Both the position numbers and the translations under genes were made by a program. A stretch of 41,954 nt of DNA from Chitinophagales bacterium (lineage in GTDB: Bacteria; Bacteroidota; Bacteroidia; Chitinophagales; BACL12), in the NCBI GenBank assembly GCA_014380545.1, contig JACMJP010000192.1, positions 1 to 41,954 of the forward strand, read 5' to 3'. The notes under the pieces were generated by a model that saw only the letters and a list, made by a program, of their open reading frames with translations, had not been told where the DNA came from and ran no database searches. Below are positions 1-7,495 of this stretch, piece after piece. The first letter of the stretch is position 1; each line of letters opens with the position of its first letter.

Positions 1-15
1 AACATTACATAAAAA

Positions 16-396
16 ATGACACCGAGACAAGTTTTAGAAAAGTGGTTAGACGCATTTAATCGAGCAGACACTGAGGCACTTTCAAATCTATATTCAGACG
101 ATGCAACAAACCATCAAGTGGCTAATGAACCTATAATTGGTAAAGAGGCAATAAGACAAATGTTCGCAACGGAGTTTGCAAAAGCTGAAATGGTTTGTAT
201 TTCAGAAAATATTTTTGAAGACGGTGACTGGGCCATTTTAGAATGGAAAGACCCAAAAGGACTTCGTGGTTGTGGTTTCTTCAACATTAAAGACGACAAA
301 ATTATTTTTCAACGAGGCTATTGGGATAGACTATCATTTCACAAACTTCACAACATTCCATTAACAGTTTTAACTCAAATCACAGCAGATAAATAG
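16..396 (+). CDS. SnoaL-like / NTF2-fold family protein
   Basis: 126-aa ORF. The N-terminal 'VLEKWLDAFNRADTEALSNLYSDDA' and later 'GDWAILEW..GCGFF' pattern is typical of small SnoaL/NTF2-like proteins. Confidence 0.55.
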   Translation: MTPRQVLEKWLDAFNRADTEALSNLYSDDATNHQVANEPIIGKEAIRQMFATEFAKAEMVCISENIFEDGDWAILEWKDPKGLRGCGFFNIKDDKIIFQRGYWDRLSFHKLHNIPLTVLTQITADK

Positions 397-438
397 ACTA
401 AAAATAAACACTGGACAAGATGCCCGAACCGCTAACAA

Positions 439-548
439 GGGGTTTGCGATAGCGGGGGTTCCGTGCTTCGCAGACACATTTGTGCAAGTGGAAGTTCAGT
501 TCTCCGAATGAAGTTTAGTGCTAATAAACCCCGCCATCGCAAACCCCC
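439..548. repeat. GC-rich 110-bp palindromic element: about 22-nt inverted arms around a 66-nt core
   Basis: GGGGTTTGCGATAGCGGGGGTT (439-460) pairs with AAACCCCGCCATCGCAAACCCCC (527-548), giving about 19 bp with one mismatch. It is locally much more GC-rich than the flanks and lies in a 520-bp non-coding gap. Confidence 0.5.
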
Positions 549-718
549 GAAACGTTACCTGCAACCCTATGGTGACAGTGCAACCTTGAAACTTTAGTGC
601 TTTGAACAAACAGTTTTGGGATTATGGCGGACAACAACGGACACCGCTTCTAATGCCAACGCTTCAAAAATAATTTTCTTTTTTTAAAGCCTCCCTCAAA
701 TATTTTATTGCCTCAGCA

Positions 719-784
719 CAAAACACACTTTCATTTTTTTGCCTACACACGAACCCAACTCAGAAAAAAATGAAAGAGTGTTTT
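719..784. repeat. AT-rich 21-nt inverted repeat (hairpin) with a 23-nt loop
   Basis: AAAACACACTTTCATTTTTTT (719-740) pairs with AAAAAAATGAAAGAGTGTTTT (764-784) with one mismatch. The 9-bp direct repeat CCAACGCTT occurs at 656-664 and 788-796. Confidence 0.45.
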
Positions 785-865
785 CTTCCAACGCTTTGTT
801 AATACATCCATACTAATTTAATTCCAAGAATAGAAATTTTTTTATAAAATTGCTGCCACTCAAAA

Positions 866-873
866 TATATTTG
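866..873 (+). promoter_or_regulatory. Candidate Bacteroidota -7 promoter box (TATATTTG) upstream of the MerR-family gene
   Basis: Exact match to the TAnnTTTG -7 consensus, 45 nt upstream of the ATG at 918. No well-spaced TTTG -33 element was seen. Confidence 0.3.
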
Positions 874-917
874 CAGATTACATTTTGTTTATATATTTTT
901 ACAGAAATTTAAACAAA

Positions 918-1802
918 ATGAATTTGTTTTCAATCTCAGAACTGCAACAATTCTCAGGCATAAAAGCCCATACAATAAGAGTGTGGGAGCAGCGATATAA
1001 TGCCTTGAATCCAACACGTTCAGATGGAAACACACGATATTATGATAATACACAATTAAGAAGATTGCTAAACATTGTAAGTCTGATGGAATCGGATTAC
1101 AAGGTTTCAGAATTGTGTTCCATGACGGATGAGATGCTGTTTACGTTGTTGGAAGGTAAACAAAAGGACTCTCAACCAAGTGATGGAACAAAAGAATATT
1201 TCATTTCTCAATTAATTGCCGCAGCTACAAGTTTTGATGAAACATATTTTGAAAAAATATTTTCAAACTGTGTATTGCGTTTGGGCATGAGAAATACTTA
1301 TCTCAATGTGATTTATCCTTTACTCAACAGAATCGGGATAATGTGGTCAACCGCAAAAATATCCCCTGCTTATGAGCATTTCAGTAGTAATATCATTAAA
1401 CAAAAATTATTTTCTGCCATTGATTCGCTTCCTCCGGCTAAATCATCACGAAACGGTTGGTTATTGATTCTGCCCGAAAACGAGTTTCACGAAATAGGAT
1501 TGTTGTTTTCTAATTATCTCATTCGGCAGGCAGGTAAAAAGGTAATTTATTTGGGTAGTAATGTTCCCTTTGAAACGCTGATTGATGCTGTTGAGAAAAC
1601 AACACCCGGACATTTACTTTTCTTTTTGGTTCATCATAATACACCCGAAAACTCACAGGACTATATAAATAGTTTGAAAAAACATTTTGGTAAAATAAAG
1701 ATTCATTTATCAGGCAATGAAAAATTAATAAGCAAGTTGAAAATTGAAAAGGAATGTAATTGGGTTCGTTCTGTGGAAGAGTTGGAAAAACAATTAGGTT
1801 GA
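918..1802 (+). CDS. MerR-family transcriptional regulator with a C-terminal B12-binding domain (CarH/LitR-like)
   Basis: N-terminal MerR HTH 'ISELQQFSGIKAHTIRVWEQRY..P.RSDGNTRYY'. The C-terminal 'ENEFHEIGL...VIYLGSNVP' matches the ExHxxG ... G..VP cobalamin-binding pattern. It sits directly upstream of crtI. The ORF is open from 885, and the ATG at 918 is preferred. Confidence 0.8.
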   Translation: MNLFSISELQQFSGIKAHTIRVWEQRYNALNPTRSDGNTRYYDNTQLRRLLNIVSLMESDYKVSELCSMTDEMLFTLLEGKQKDSQPSDGTKEYFISQLIAAATSFDETYFEKIFSNCVLRLGMRNTYLNVIYPLLNRIGIMWSTAKISPAYEHFSSNIIKQKLFSAIDSLPPAKSSRNGWLLILPENEFHEIGLLFSNYLIRQAGKKVIYLGSNVPFETLIDAVEKTTPGHLLFFLVHHNTPENSQDYINSLKKHFGKIKIHLSGNEKLISKLKIEKECNWVRSVEELEKQLG

Positions 1803-1845
1803 ATTTAATATTTAAATAATAAACCATAAATATAAACATAATAAA

Positions 1846-3342
1846 ATGTCAAAAATTGCCATCATAGGTTCAGGATTTTCAGGTTTAAGTTCTTCGGCTT
1901 ACTTGTCGGCAGCAGGACATGATGTGCATGTGTTTGAAAAAAATAATTCACATGGTGGAAGGGCAAGGCAACTGAAAACCGAATCGGGTTATGTGTTTGA
2001 TATGGGACCAAGCTGGTATTGGATGCCCGGTGTGTTTGAAAAGTTTTTTAGCGATTTCGGTTATTCTGTTTCTGATTTCTATGAATTGAAATTATTGAAT
2101 CCATCCTTTGATATAGTGTTTGGAGAAAATGACAGGATGAGTGTTCCTGAAAATTTTGATGAGTTGTGTAATCTGTTTGAATCAATTGAAACAGGAAGTG
2201 CGTTGCAACTCAAAATGTTTATGGATGAAGCGGAGTATAAATATAAAACAGGAATTGAAAATTTAGTTTACAAGCCCGGACTTTCTGTTGCTGAATTTGC
2301 AGATATGGAATTAATAAAAGGTGCATTTCGTTTGCAGGTTTTTTCATCGTTTAGCAAGCATGTGCGTAAATATTTTTCTAATCCCAAATTAATTGCGTTA
2401 ATGGAGTTTCCGGTTTTGTTTTTGGGAGCAATGCCTGAGGACACACCAGCTTTATACAGTTTAATGAATTATGCAGGATTAAAATTGGGAACATGGTATC
2501 CTCAAGGTGGGTTTGGAAAAGTAATTGACGCAATGAAAAATGTTGCTGAAAAAAATGGAACAATTTTCAATTTGAATGCGACCGTTAAGAAAATTGAAAT
2601 TAAAAATAATCATGCAAATAATATTGTTGTGAATGAAAAAGAATTTAATTGTGACGCCATCATCGCTTCCGCAGATTATCATCATATTGAAGAAAAATTA
2701 TTGCCCAAAGAATATAGAAACTACTCTGCGAATTATTGGGCAAAAAAAACATTTGCTCCTTCCTGTTTGATTTATTTTCTTGGAATAAACAAGAAAATAA
2801 AATCATTGAATCACCATACTTTGTTTTTTGATGAAGACCTAGACCAACATTCAAAAGAAATTTATAAAACCCCTCAATGGCCAACTAAACCATTGTTTTA
2901 TGTCTGTTGCCCTTCAAAATCTGATGATGGCGTTGCACCGGCAGGTCATGAAAATTTGTTTCTGCTTATGCCGATTGCTCCCGGGTTACAAGATACTGAA
3001 GAGACTCGTGAAAAATATTTTCAGGTGATGATTTCAAGATTAGAAAAACAAGTGAATGAAAATATAGCATCACATATTGATTATAAAAAAAGCTATTGTG
3101 TAAATGACTTTGTAATGGATTACAATTCTTATAAAGGCAATGCATACGGACTTGCAAACACCTTAATGCAAACAGCTATTCTGAAACCCAAAATCAGAAA
3201 CAAAAAAATAAAAAACCTTTTTTACACAGGGCAACTAACTGTACCCGGACCAGGGGTTCCTCCTTCTATCATTTCAGGCAAAATTGCCGCTAAACAATTA
3301 TTAAAGCATTTAAACACAATAACTCATGAAGTCACTATTTGA
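1846..3342 (+). CDS. crtI: Phytoene desaturase
   Basis: 498 aa. N-terminal FAD fold 'IAIIGSGFSGLSSSAYL..GHDVHVFEKNN..GGRA' followed by 'FDMGPSWYWMP', characteristic of CrtI. Overlaps crtB. Confidence 0.9.
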   Translation: MSKIAIIGSGFSGLSSSAYLSAAGHDVHVFEKNNSHGGRARQLKTESGYVFDMGPSWYWMPGVFEKFFSDFGYSVSDFYELKLLNPSFDIVFGENDRMSVPENFDELCNLFESIETGSALQLKMFMDEAEYKYKTGIENLVYKPGLSVAEFADMELIKGAFRLQVFSSFSKHVRKYFSNPKLIALMEFPVLFLGAMPEDTPALYSLMNYAGLKLGTWYPQGGFGKVIDAMKNVAEKNGTIFNLNATVKKIEIKNNHANNIVVNEKEFNCDAIIASADYHHIEEKLLPKEYRNYSANYWAKKTFAPSCLIYFLGINKKIKSLNHHTLFFDEDLDQHSKEIYKTPQWPTKPLFYVCCPSKSDDGVAPAGHENLFLLMPIAPGLQDTEETREKYFQVMISRLEKQVNENIASHIDYKKSYCVNDFVMDYNSYKGNAYGLANTLMQTAILKPKIRNKKIKNLFYTGQLTVPGPGVPPSIISGKIAAKQLLKHLNTITHEVTI

Positions 3343-4162
3343 CGATGTGTCATCGCAGTGCAGCAAGTTTACCACCCATGCATACAGCACAAGTTTTTCT
3401 TTAGGAATATATTTTCTGAAGGACAAACTGCGTAATCCAATTTATTCCATTTATGGATTTGTAAGATTTGCTGATGAAATTGTTGACAGCTTTGAAGGTT
3501 ACGATAAAAAGAGATTGTTAGAAAAATTTAAAGTTGAAACATATGAGGCAATTGAAAGCCGTATTTCATTGAATCCAATTTTAAATTCCTTTCAACTAGT
3601 TGTTCATCAATATAACATAAGCCATGATTTAATTGAAACATTTTTGAAGAGCATGGAAATGGATTTGGAGAAAGTAAATTATACTTCTGAAAAATATGAG
3701 CAATACATTCTTGGTTCGGCAGAAGTTGTAGGGTTGATGTGCTTACATGTTTTTACAGAAGGGAATAAAAATCTTTATGACGAATTAAAACCTTTTGCCA
3801 TGAAGCTGGGTGCGGCTTTTCAGAAAATAAATTTCCTGCGAGACATGAAAGCTGATTATCAAATTTTGGGAAGAACCTACTTTCCAAACGTTGACATGAC
3901 GAGGTTTTCATCATGTACAAAACGCAAAATTGAAAATGAAATTGAACAAGATTTTAAAGAGGCACTGATTGGAATAAAAAAACTTCCTTCTTCATCAAAA
4001 GGAGGTGTTTACTTAGCTTATGTATATTATAATTCATTGTTCAAGAAAATAAAAGGTTTACCTGCTCAAAAACTTCTTTCAGAGAGAATACGTATTAGCA
4101 ATGGAGAAAAATTTGGGTTGATGTTAAACAGTATGTTTCAATACAAAATGAACCTCTTATGA
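3326..4162 (+). CDS. crtB: Phytoene synthase
   Basis: 278 aa. 'YSTSFSLG..L....R..IYSIYGFVRFADEIVD' and 'FQKINFLRD' are typical of the squalene/phytoene synthase family. 17-nt overlap with crtI. Confidence 0.9.
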   Translation: MKSLFDDVSSQCSKFTTHAYSTSFSLGIYFLKDKLRNPIYSIYGFVRFADEIVDSFEGYDKKRLLEKFKVETYEAIESRISLNPILNSFQLVVHQYNISHDLIETFLKSMEMDLEKVNYTSEKYEQYILGSAEVVGLMCLHVFTEGNKNLYDELKPFAMKLGAAFQKINFLRDMKADYQILGRTYFPNVDMTRFSSCTKRKIENEIEQDFKEALIGIKKLPSSSKGGVYLAYVYYNSLFKKIKGLPAQKLLSERIRISNGEKFGLMLNSMFQYKMNLL

Positions 4163-4515
4163 GAAATATTATTTGGCTATTTGTTCTATTCTGTTCAGCT
4201 AGCCATGCCATGGATATTCCATTAAATGAAGTGCGATTATTATTTAATAAATCAGCTGCCAATGAAGAATCCTGCAAAAAGTTAATGAGTGTTTTAAATC
4301 AGTATAATGAAACTAACAACTCAACACTGGCTGCCTATAAAGCTTGTGCCACTATGATGATGGCGAACCATGTGTTTAACCCAATCCGTAAATTATCAAA
4401 TTTCAATCATGGAAAAGAACTGCTTGAAAAATGTGTAGCTGCGGATAAAGAAAATATGGAAATCCGTTATTTGAGTTTTACAATTCATAATAATTTCCCT
4501 TTTAAAATCTTCTGA
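4159..4515 (+). CDS. Hypothetical secreted protein embedded in the carotenoid operon
   Basis: 118 aa with signal-peptide-like 'MRNIIWLFVLFCSASHA'. ATGA overlap with the crtB stop. No family recognised. Confidence 0.5.
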   Translation: MRNIIWLFVLFCSASHAMDIPLNEVRLLFNKSAANEESCKKLMSVLNQYNETNNSTLAAYKACATMMMANHVFNPIRKLSNFNHGKELLEKCVAADKENMEIRYLSFTIHNNFPFKIF

Positions 4516-4551
4516 ATATTTATCATAAATAGAAAAGCAAAACATAAAATC

Positions 4552-5103
4552 GTGACAGAATATTTAATTCTTGTAGATGAAAAAGACCAGCAATGGGGTA
4601 AATTGGAAAAACTCTTAGTGCACGAATTGGGATTATTGCATCGTGCATTTTCAGTTTTTATTTTTAATTCAAAAGGAGAATTGCTTTTGCAACAAAGGGC
4701 AGATAGTAAATATCATTCTGCAGGTTTGTGGACAAACACATGTTGCAGTCATCCCCGGTTTGGTGAAGAAATTTCTTGGGCTATAGAAAGTCGTGTGCAG
4801 GAAGAAATGGAAATGAGTTGCAAAACTGATTTTGCCTTCAATTTTATTTATAAAACAGAATTTGAAAATGGTTTAACCGAACATGAATTTGACCATGTTT
4901 ATTTTGGAGTAACAGATGATTTGCCTTTTCCTGAAAAAGCAGAAGTTAAAAACTATAAATACATGAACTTTCAAAATCTTGAAACGAATATTCTTATTCA
5001 TCCCGAAAATTATACTGGGTGGTTAAAAATCTGCTTGCCGCAAGTGAGAAACCATTATTATAAAACTTTTCAAAATATACCTCAGGAATATGCATCAATT
5101 TAA
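4552..5103 (+). CDS. idi: Isopentenyl-diphosphate delta-isomerase, type 1 (Nudix)
   Basis: 'HRAFSVFIFNSKGELLLQQRA..KYHSAGLWTNTCCSHP' and 'EHEFDHVY' match type-1 IDI. GTG start. Confidence 0.85.
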   Translation: MTEYLILVDEKDQQWGKLEKLLVHELGLLHRAFSVFIFNSKGELLLQQRADSKYHSAGLWTNTCCSHPRFGEEISWAIESRVQEEMEMSCKTDFAFNFIYKTEFENGLTEHEFDHVYFGVTDDLPFPEKAEVKNYKYMNFQNLETNILIHPENYTGWLKICLPQVRNHYYKTFQNIPQEYASI

Positions 5104-5563
5104 AGCAGAACAATTTTTTCCGATTGATAAGAAGAGAGCCTGGGATTTTTTCTCTTCTCCAAAAAACCTTTCAAAAATAACTCCTCCCGAAATGGATTTT
5201 AAAATTCTAAGTCCATTGAATGGAGAAGAAATATTTGAAGGAATGAAAATCGATTACACCGTAAAACCACTTTTTGGTATTTCAGTTCGTTGGCAAACTG
5301 AGATTTGTAAAGTTAAAAATCAAAAATATTTTACTGACAGTCAATTGAAAGGACCTTACAAAGTGTGGGAGCATACTCATACTTTTACAGAAGTGACCGG
5401 TGGTGTTAACATGCAAGATGTAATAAACTATCAACTGCCATTCGGTTTCATTGGCAATGTAGCTCATTCACTTTTTGTGAGAAAAAAAATCGAAAACATC
5501 TTTTCATATAGAAAACAAATTCTTGAAAAAATATTTATTTCAAATGGAGACAGCAATAATTAA
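5090..5563 (+). CDS. SRPBCC-fold ligand-binding protein
   Basis: 157 aa. The 'W.F...P.NL..ITPP......I......G..I.Y.V.P..G....W.TEI' pattern is typical of SRPBCC (COG4276-like) proteins. 14-nt overlap with idi. Confidence 0.65.
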   Translation: MHQFKAEQFFPIDKKRAWDFFSSPKNLSKITPPEMDFKILSPLNGEEIFEGMKIDYTVKPLFGISVRWQTEICKVKNQKYFTDSQLKGPYKVWEHTHTFTEVTGGVNMQDVINYQLPFGFIGNVAHSLFVRKKIENIFSYRKQILEKIFISNGDSNN

Positions 5564-6017
5564 TTCTTTAATAACAGTTGCAGCTTTCCTTAGCATGGAA
5601 GGCGTTGCATGGTTTACTCACAAATTTGTGATGCACGGCTTGCTATGGCGTTTGCACAGAGATCATCATAAAAAGGAATCATCAGGTTTTTTTGAACACA
5701 ATGATTTTTTCTTTCTCATTTTTGCTTTGCCCGGCATTGCGGGATTATTTTTCGGAATGCAAAATAATTTCAATACGCTCTTTTGGATTGGATTGGGAAT
5801 TACAATTTATGGCTTTGCTTATTTTTTTGTTCATGATATTTTTATTCATCAGCGATTTAAATTATTGAGGAATGCTGATAACAATTATTTTAAAGCAATT
5901 CGAAGGGCGCACAAAATGCATCACAAACATTTGGGTAAAGAAGAAGGAGAATGTTTCGGAATGCTATGGGTTCCGTTTAAATATTTCCGCAAAACAAACC
6001 CTAATAGCCTGCTATGA
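5544..6017 (+). CDS. crtZ: Beta-carotene hydroxylase
   Basis: Histidine boxes 'HKFVMHG', 'HRDHH', 'FVHD..IHQRF' and 'HKMHHKH'. The ORF is open from a TTG at 5523, and the ATG at 5544 is preferred. Confidence 0.85.
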   Translation: METAIINSLITVAAFLSMEGVAWFTHKFVMHGLLWRLHRDHHKKESSGFFEHNDFFFLIFALPGIAGLFFGMQNNFNTLFWIGLGITIYGFAYFFVHDIFIHQRFKLLRNADNNYFKAIRRAHKMHHKHLGKEEGECFGMLWVPFKYFRKTNPNSLL

Positions 6018-6736
6018 AATTCCTGTATCTGCTTGTTGATTTTTTTACTATAATAGTTCCGTTTGTTTTTTCATTTCATCCCAAATTAAATTTCTACAAA
6101 AACTTCAAGCCATTCTTTATTTCAAACATTTTAATTGCTTCCCTTTTTTTAATTTGGGATATATTATTTACTAAACTTGGTGTTTGGGGTTTCAATCCTG
6201 ATTATGTTTTGGGTATTTATCTTTTCAATCTTCCTCTTGAAGAAATTTTATTTTTCGTCTGCATTCCGTTTTCTTGTTTATTCACCTATCACTGCCTGAA
6301 TTTATTTGTTCAAATTAAATGGAAACCAAAAACAGAAAATATTTTTGTGCTTTCTCTTTCCACTGTTTTATTTATCATCGGAATTTATTTTTATTCTAAA
6401 TTATATACATCAGCCACTTTCATCAGTTTATCAGTTTTGCTTTTAATGTTAAAGTATTTTGCAAAAGTAAATTGGCTTGGTAAATTGATAATAATCTATC
6501 CTGTTTTATTGATTCCTTTTTTTATTGTAAACGGAATACTAACCGGAAGCGGATTAGAACAACCTGTGGTGTGGTATAACGATTTGGAAAATATTGGAAT
6601 CAGATTATTTACAATTCCGGTTGAAGATATTTTTTATGGATTTGAATTGATATCGCTAAACATTTTTCTCTACGAATATTTTAAAACCAAATTCAACACA
6701 CAATCACATAAATATGATGAGCAAAACTTTTACTAA
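6014..6736 (+). CDS. Lycopene cyclase-domain protein (fused CrtYc/CrtYd type)
   Basis: 240-aa polytopic membrane protein with two copies of the PxE(E/D) motif ('LPLEEILFF' and 'IPVEDIFYG'). ATGA overlap with crtZ. Confidence 0.75.
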   Translation: MKFLYLLVDFFTIIVPFVFSFHPKLNFYKNFKPFFISNILIASLFLIWDILFTKLGVWGFNPDYVLGIYLFNLPLEEILFFVCIPFSCLFTYHCLNLFVQIKWKPKTENIFVLSLSTVLFIIGIYFYSKLYTSATFISLSVLLLMLKYFAKVNWLGKLIIIYPVLLIPFFIVNGILTGSGLEQPVVWYNDLENIGIRLFTIPVEDIFYGFELISLNIFLYEYFKTKFNTQSHKYDEQNFY

Positions 6737-6839
6737 TTCATTTATTCTGACAATTATTATTAATCCAGCAACAACCAAATCCCAAACTCTGCAAACAGTT
6801 TCAAATGTGGAATTAAAAAAATATTCGGGCAAATGGTAA
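6717..6839 (+). pseudogene. Truncated lipocalin (Blc-like) gene fragment, N-terminal 40 codons only
   Basis: Translation is MSKTFTNSFILTIIINPATTKSQTLQTVSNVELKKYSGKW*. It ends inside the lipocalin signature 'V.N.DL.KY.GKWYEIAR' (compare E. coli Blc 'VNNFDAKRYLGTWYEIAR'). The stop lies where the dispersed repeat ATTACCGAACAAAG begins. Confidence 0.55.
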
Positions 6840-6887
6840 TTACCGAACAAAGCCCTTCTTTTAAAATTTCTTTTTAATCTTATGTTA
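6839..6887. repeat. Dispersed ~50-nt repeat, copy A (ATTACCGAACAAAGCCCTTCTTTT..TTTCTTTTTAATCTT..TGTTA)
   Basis: About 85% identical by eye to 23464-23516. A partial internal third copy is at 6946-6973 (AAACCCTTCTTTTTTTTACTTCTTAATC). Confidence 0.6.
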
Positions 6888-6893
6888 GCTTCA

Positions 6894-7010
6894 AACAGTG
6901 GTGCTTCTAACAGGCAGTGGTGCTTTAACGAATAGTTGTGTTTCTAAACCCTTCTTTTTTTTACTTCTTAATCCCTTCTTTCGTCGTTCGTTTGTTCGTT
7001 CGTTAGTTCG
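6894..7010. repeat. Degenerate tandem repeats: about three 15-19-nt units, then a (T)TCGT-rich microsatellite-like tract
   Basis: Units are AACAGTGGTGCTTCT, AACAGGCAGTGGTGCTTT and AACGAATAGTTGTGTTTCT (6894-6945). TCGTCGTTCGTTTGTTCGTTCGTTAGTTCG follows at 6981-7010. Confidence 0.55.
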
Positions 7011-7104
7011 ATAAATTTATCTCTCTTAATTATTTTATATTTATTTTTCACACATAGCACAGTGTAAGAATATTCTTTAAATATCTTCACCCTCAAAATC
7101 CAAT

Positions 7105-7413
7105 ATGCAAAAACCCTGGTATAAAACATCCATAGGCAGATTCAGAACAATAGCTATTTGCGAAGGAATTTCTTTTCTTGTATTATTATGCATTGCCATG
7201 CCATTAAAATATTTTGCAAATTTTCCACAGGCGGTTTTAATTGTTGGCTGGTTGCACGGATTTTTATTTATCACTTATATGTTTGCCGGGCTTGATGTTA
7301 AGATGACACATAACTGGAGCCTTAAAAAGACTTTCCTTGCGGTTGTTGCTTCCATTATTCCTTTTGGTCCTTTTATTCTGGACAAAAGGATCCTGCAGAA
7401 AGAAATGGAATAA
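7105..7413 (+). CDS. DUF3817-family small membrane protein
   Basis: 102 aa. 'FR..A..EG.SFL.LL..AMPLKY....P.AV...GW.HG.LF..Y' is characteristic of DUF3817. Confidence 0.7.
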   Translation: MQKPWYKTSIGRFRTIAICEGISFLVLLCIAMPLKYFANFPQAVLIVGWLHGFLFITYMFAGLDVKMTHNWSLKKTFLAVVASIIPFGPFILDKRILQKEME

Positions 7414-7495
7414 CCAAGCTCTTTATTCTTTGAATAGAATTTTTGTATTTTCATGTCGTCATATCATTTTATCAAACTAAAAACATACAACCATT

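Noticed and set aside
439-548. The 110-nt GC-rich hairpin could be a small SRP (4.5S) RNA or 6S RNA.
   Set aside because: Neither strand contains the conserved SRP apical motif (..GGUCCGGAAGGAAGCAGCC..). The length and architecture do not fit 6S RNA. It is kept only as an unclassified palindromic element.
4513-4554. orf118 and idi are in the same reading frame, separated only by a TGA and 12 sense codons. This could suggest stop-codon readthrough, selenocysteine or a fusion.
   Set aside because: The idi product is complete from the GTG at 4552. I saw no SECIS-like hairpin after the TGA. A secreted protein fused to a cytoplasmic Nudix isomerase makes little sense. The shared frame is probably coincidental.
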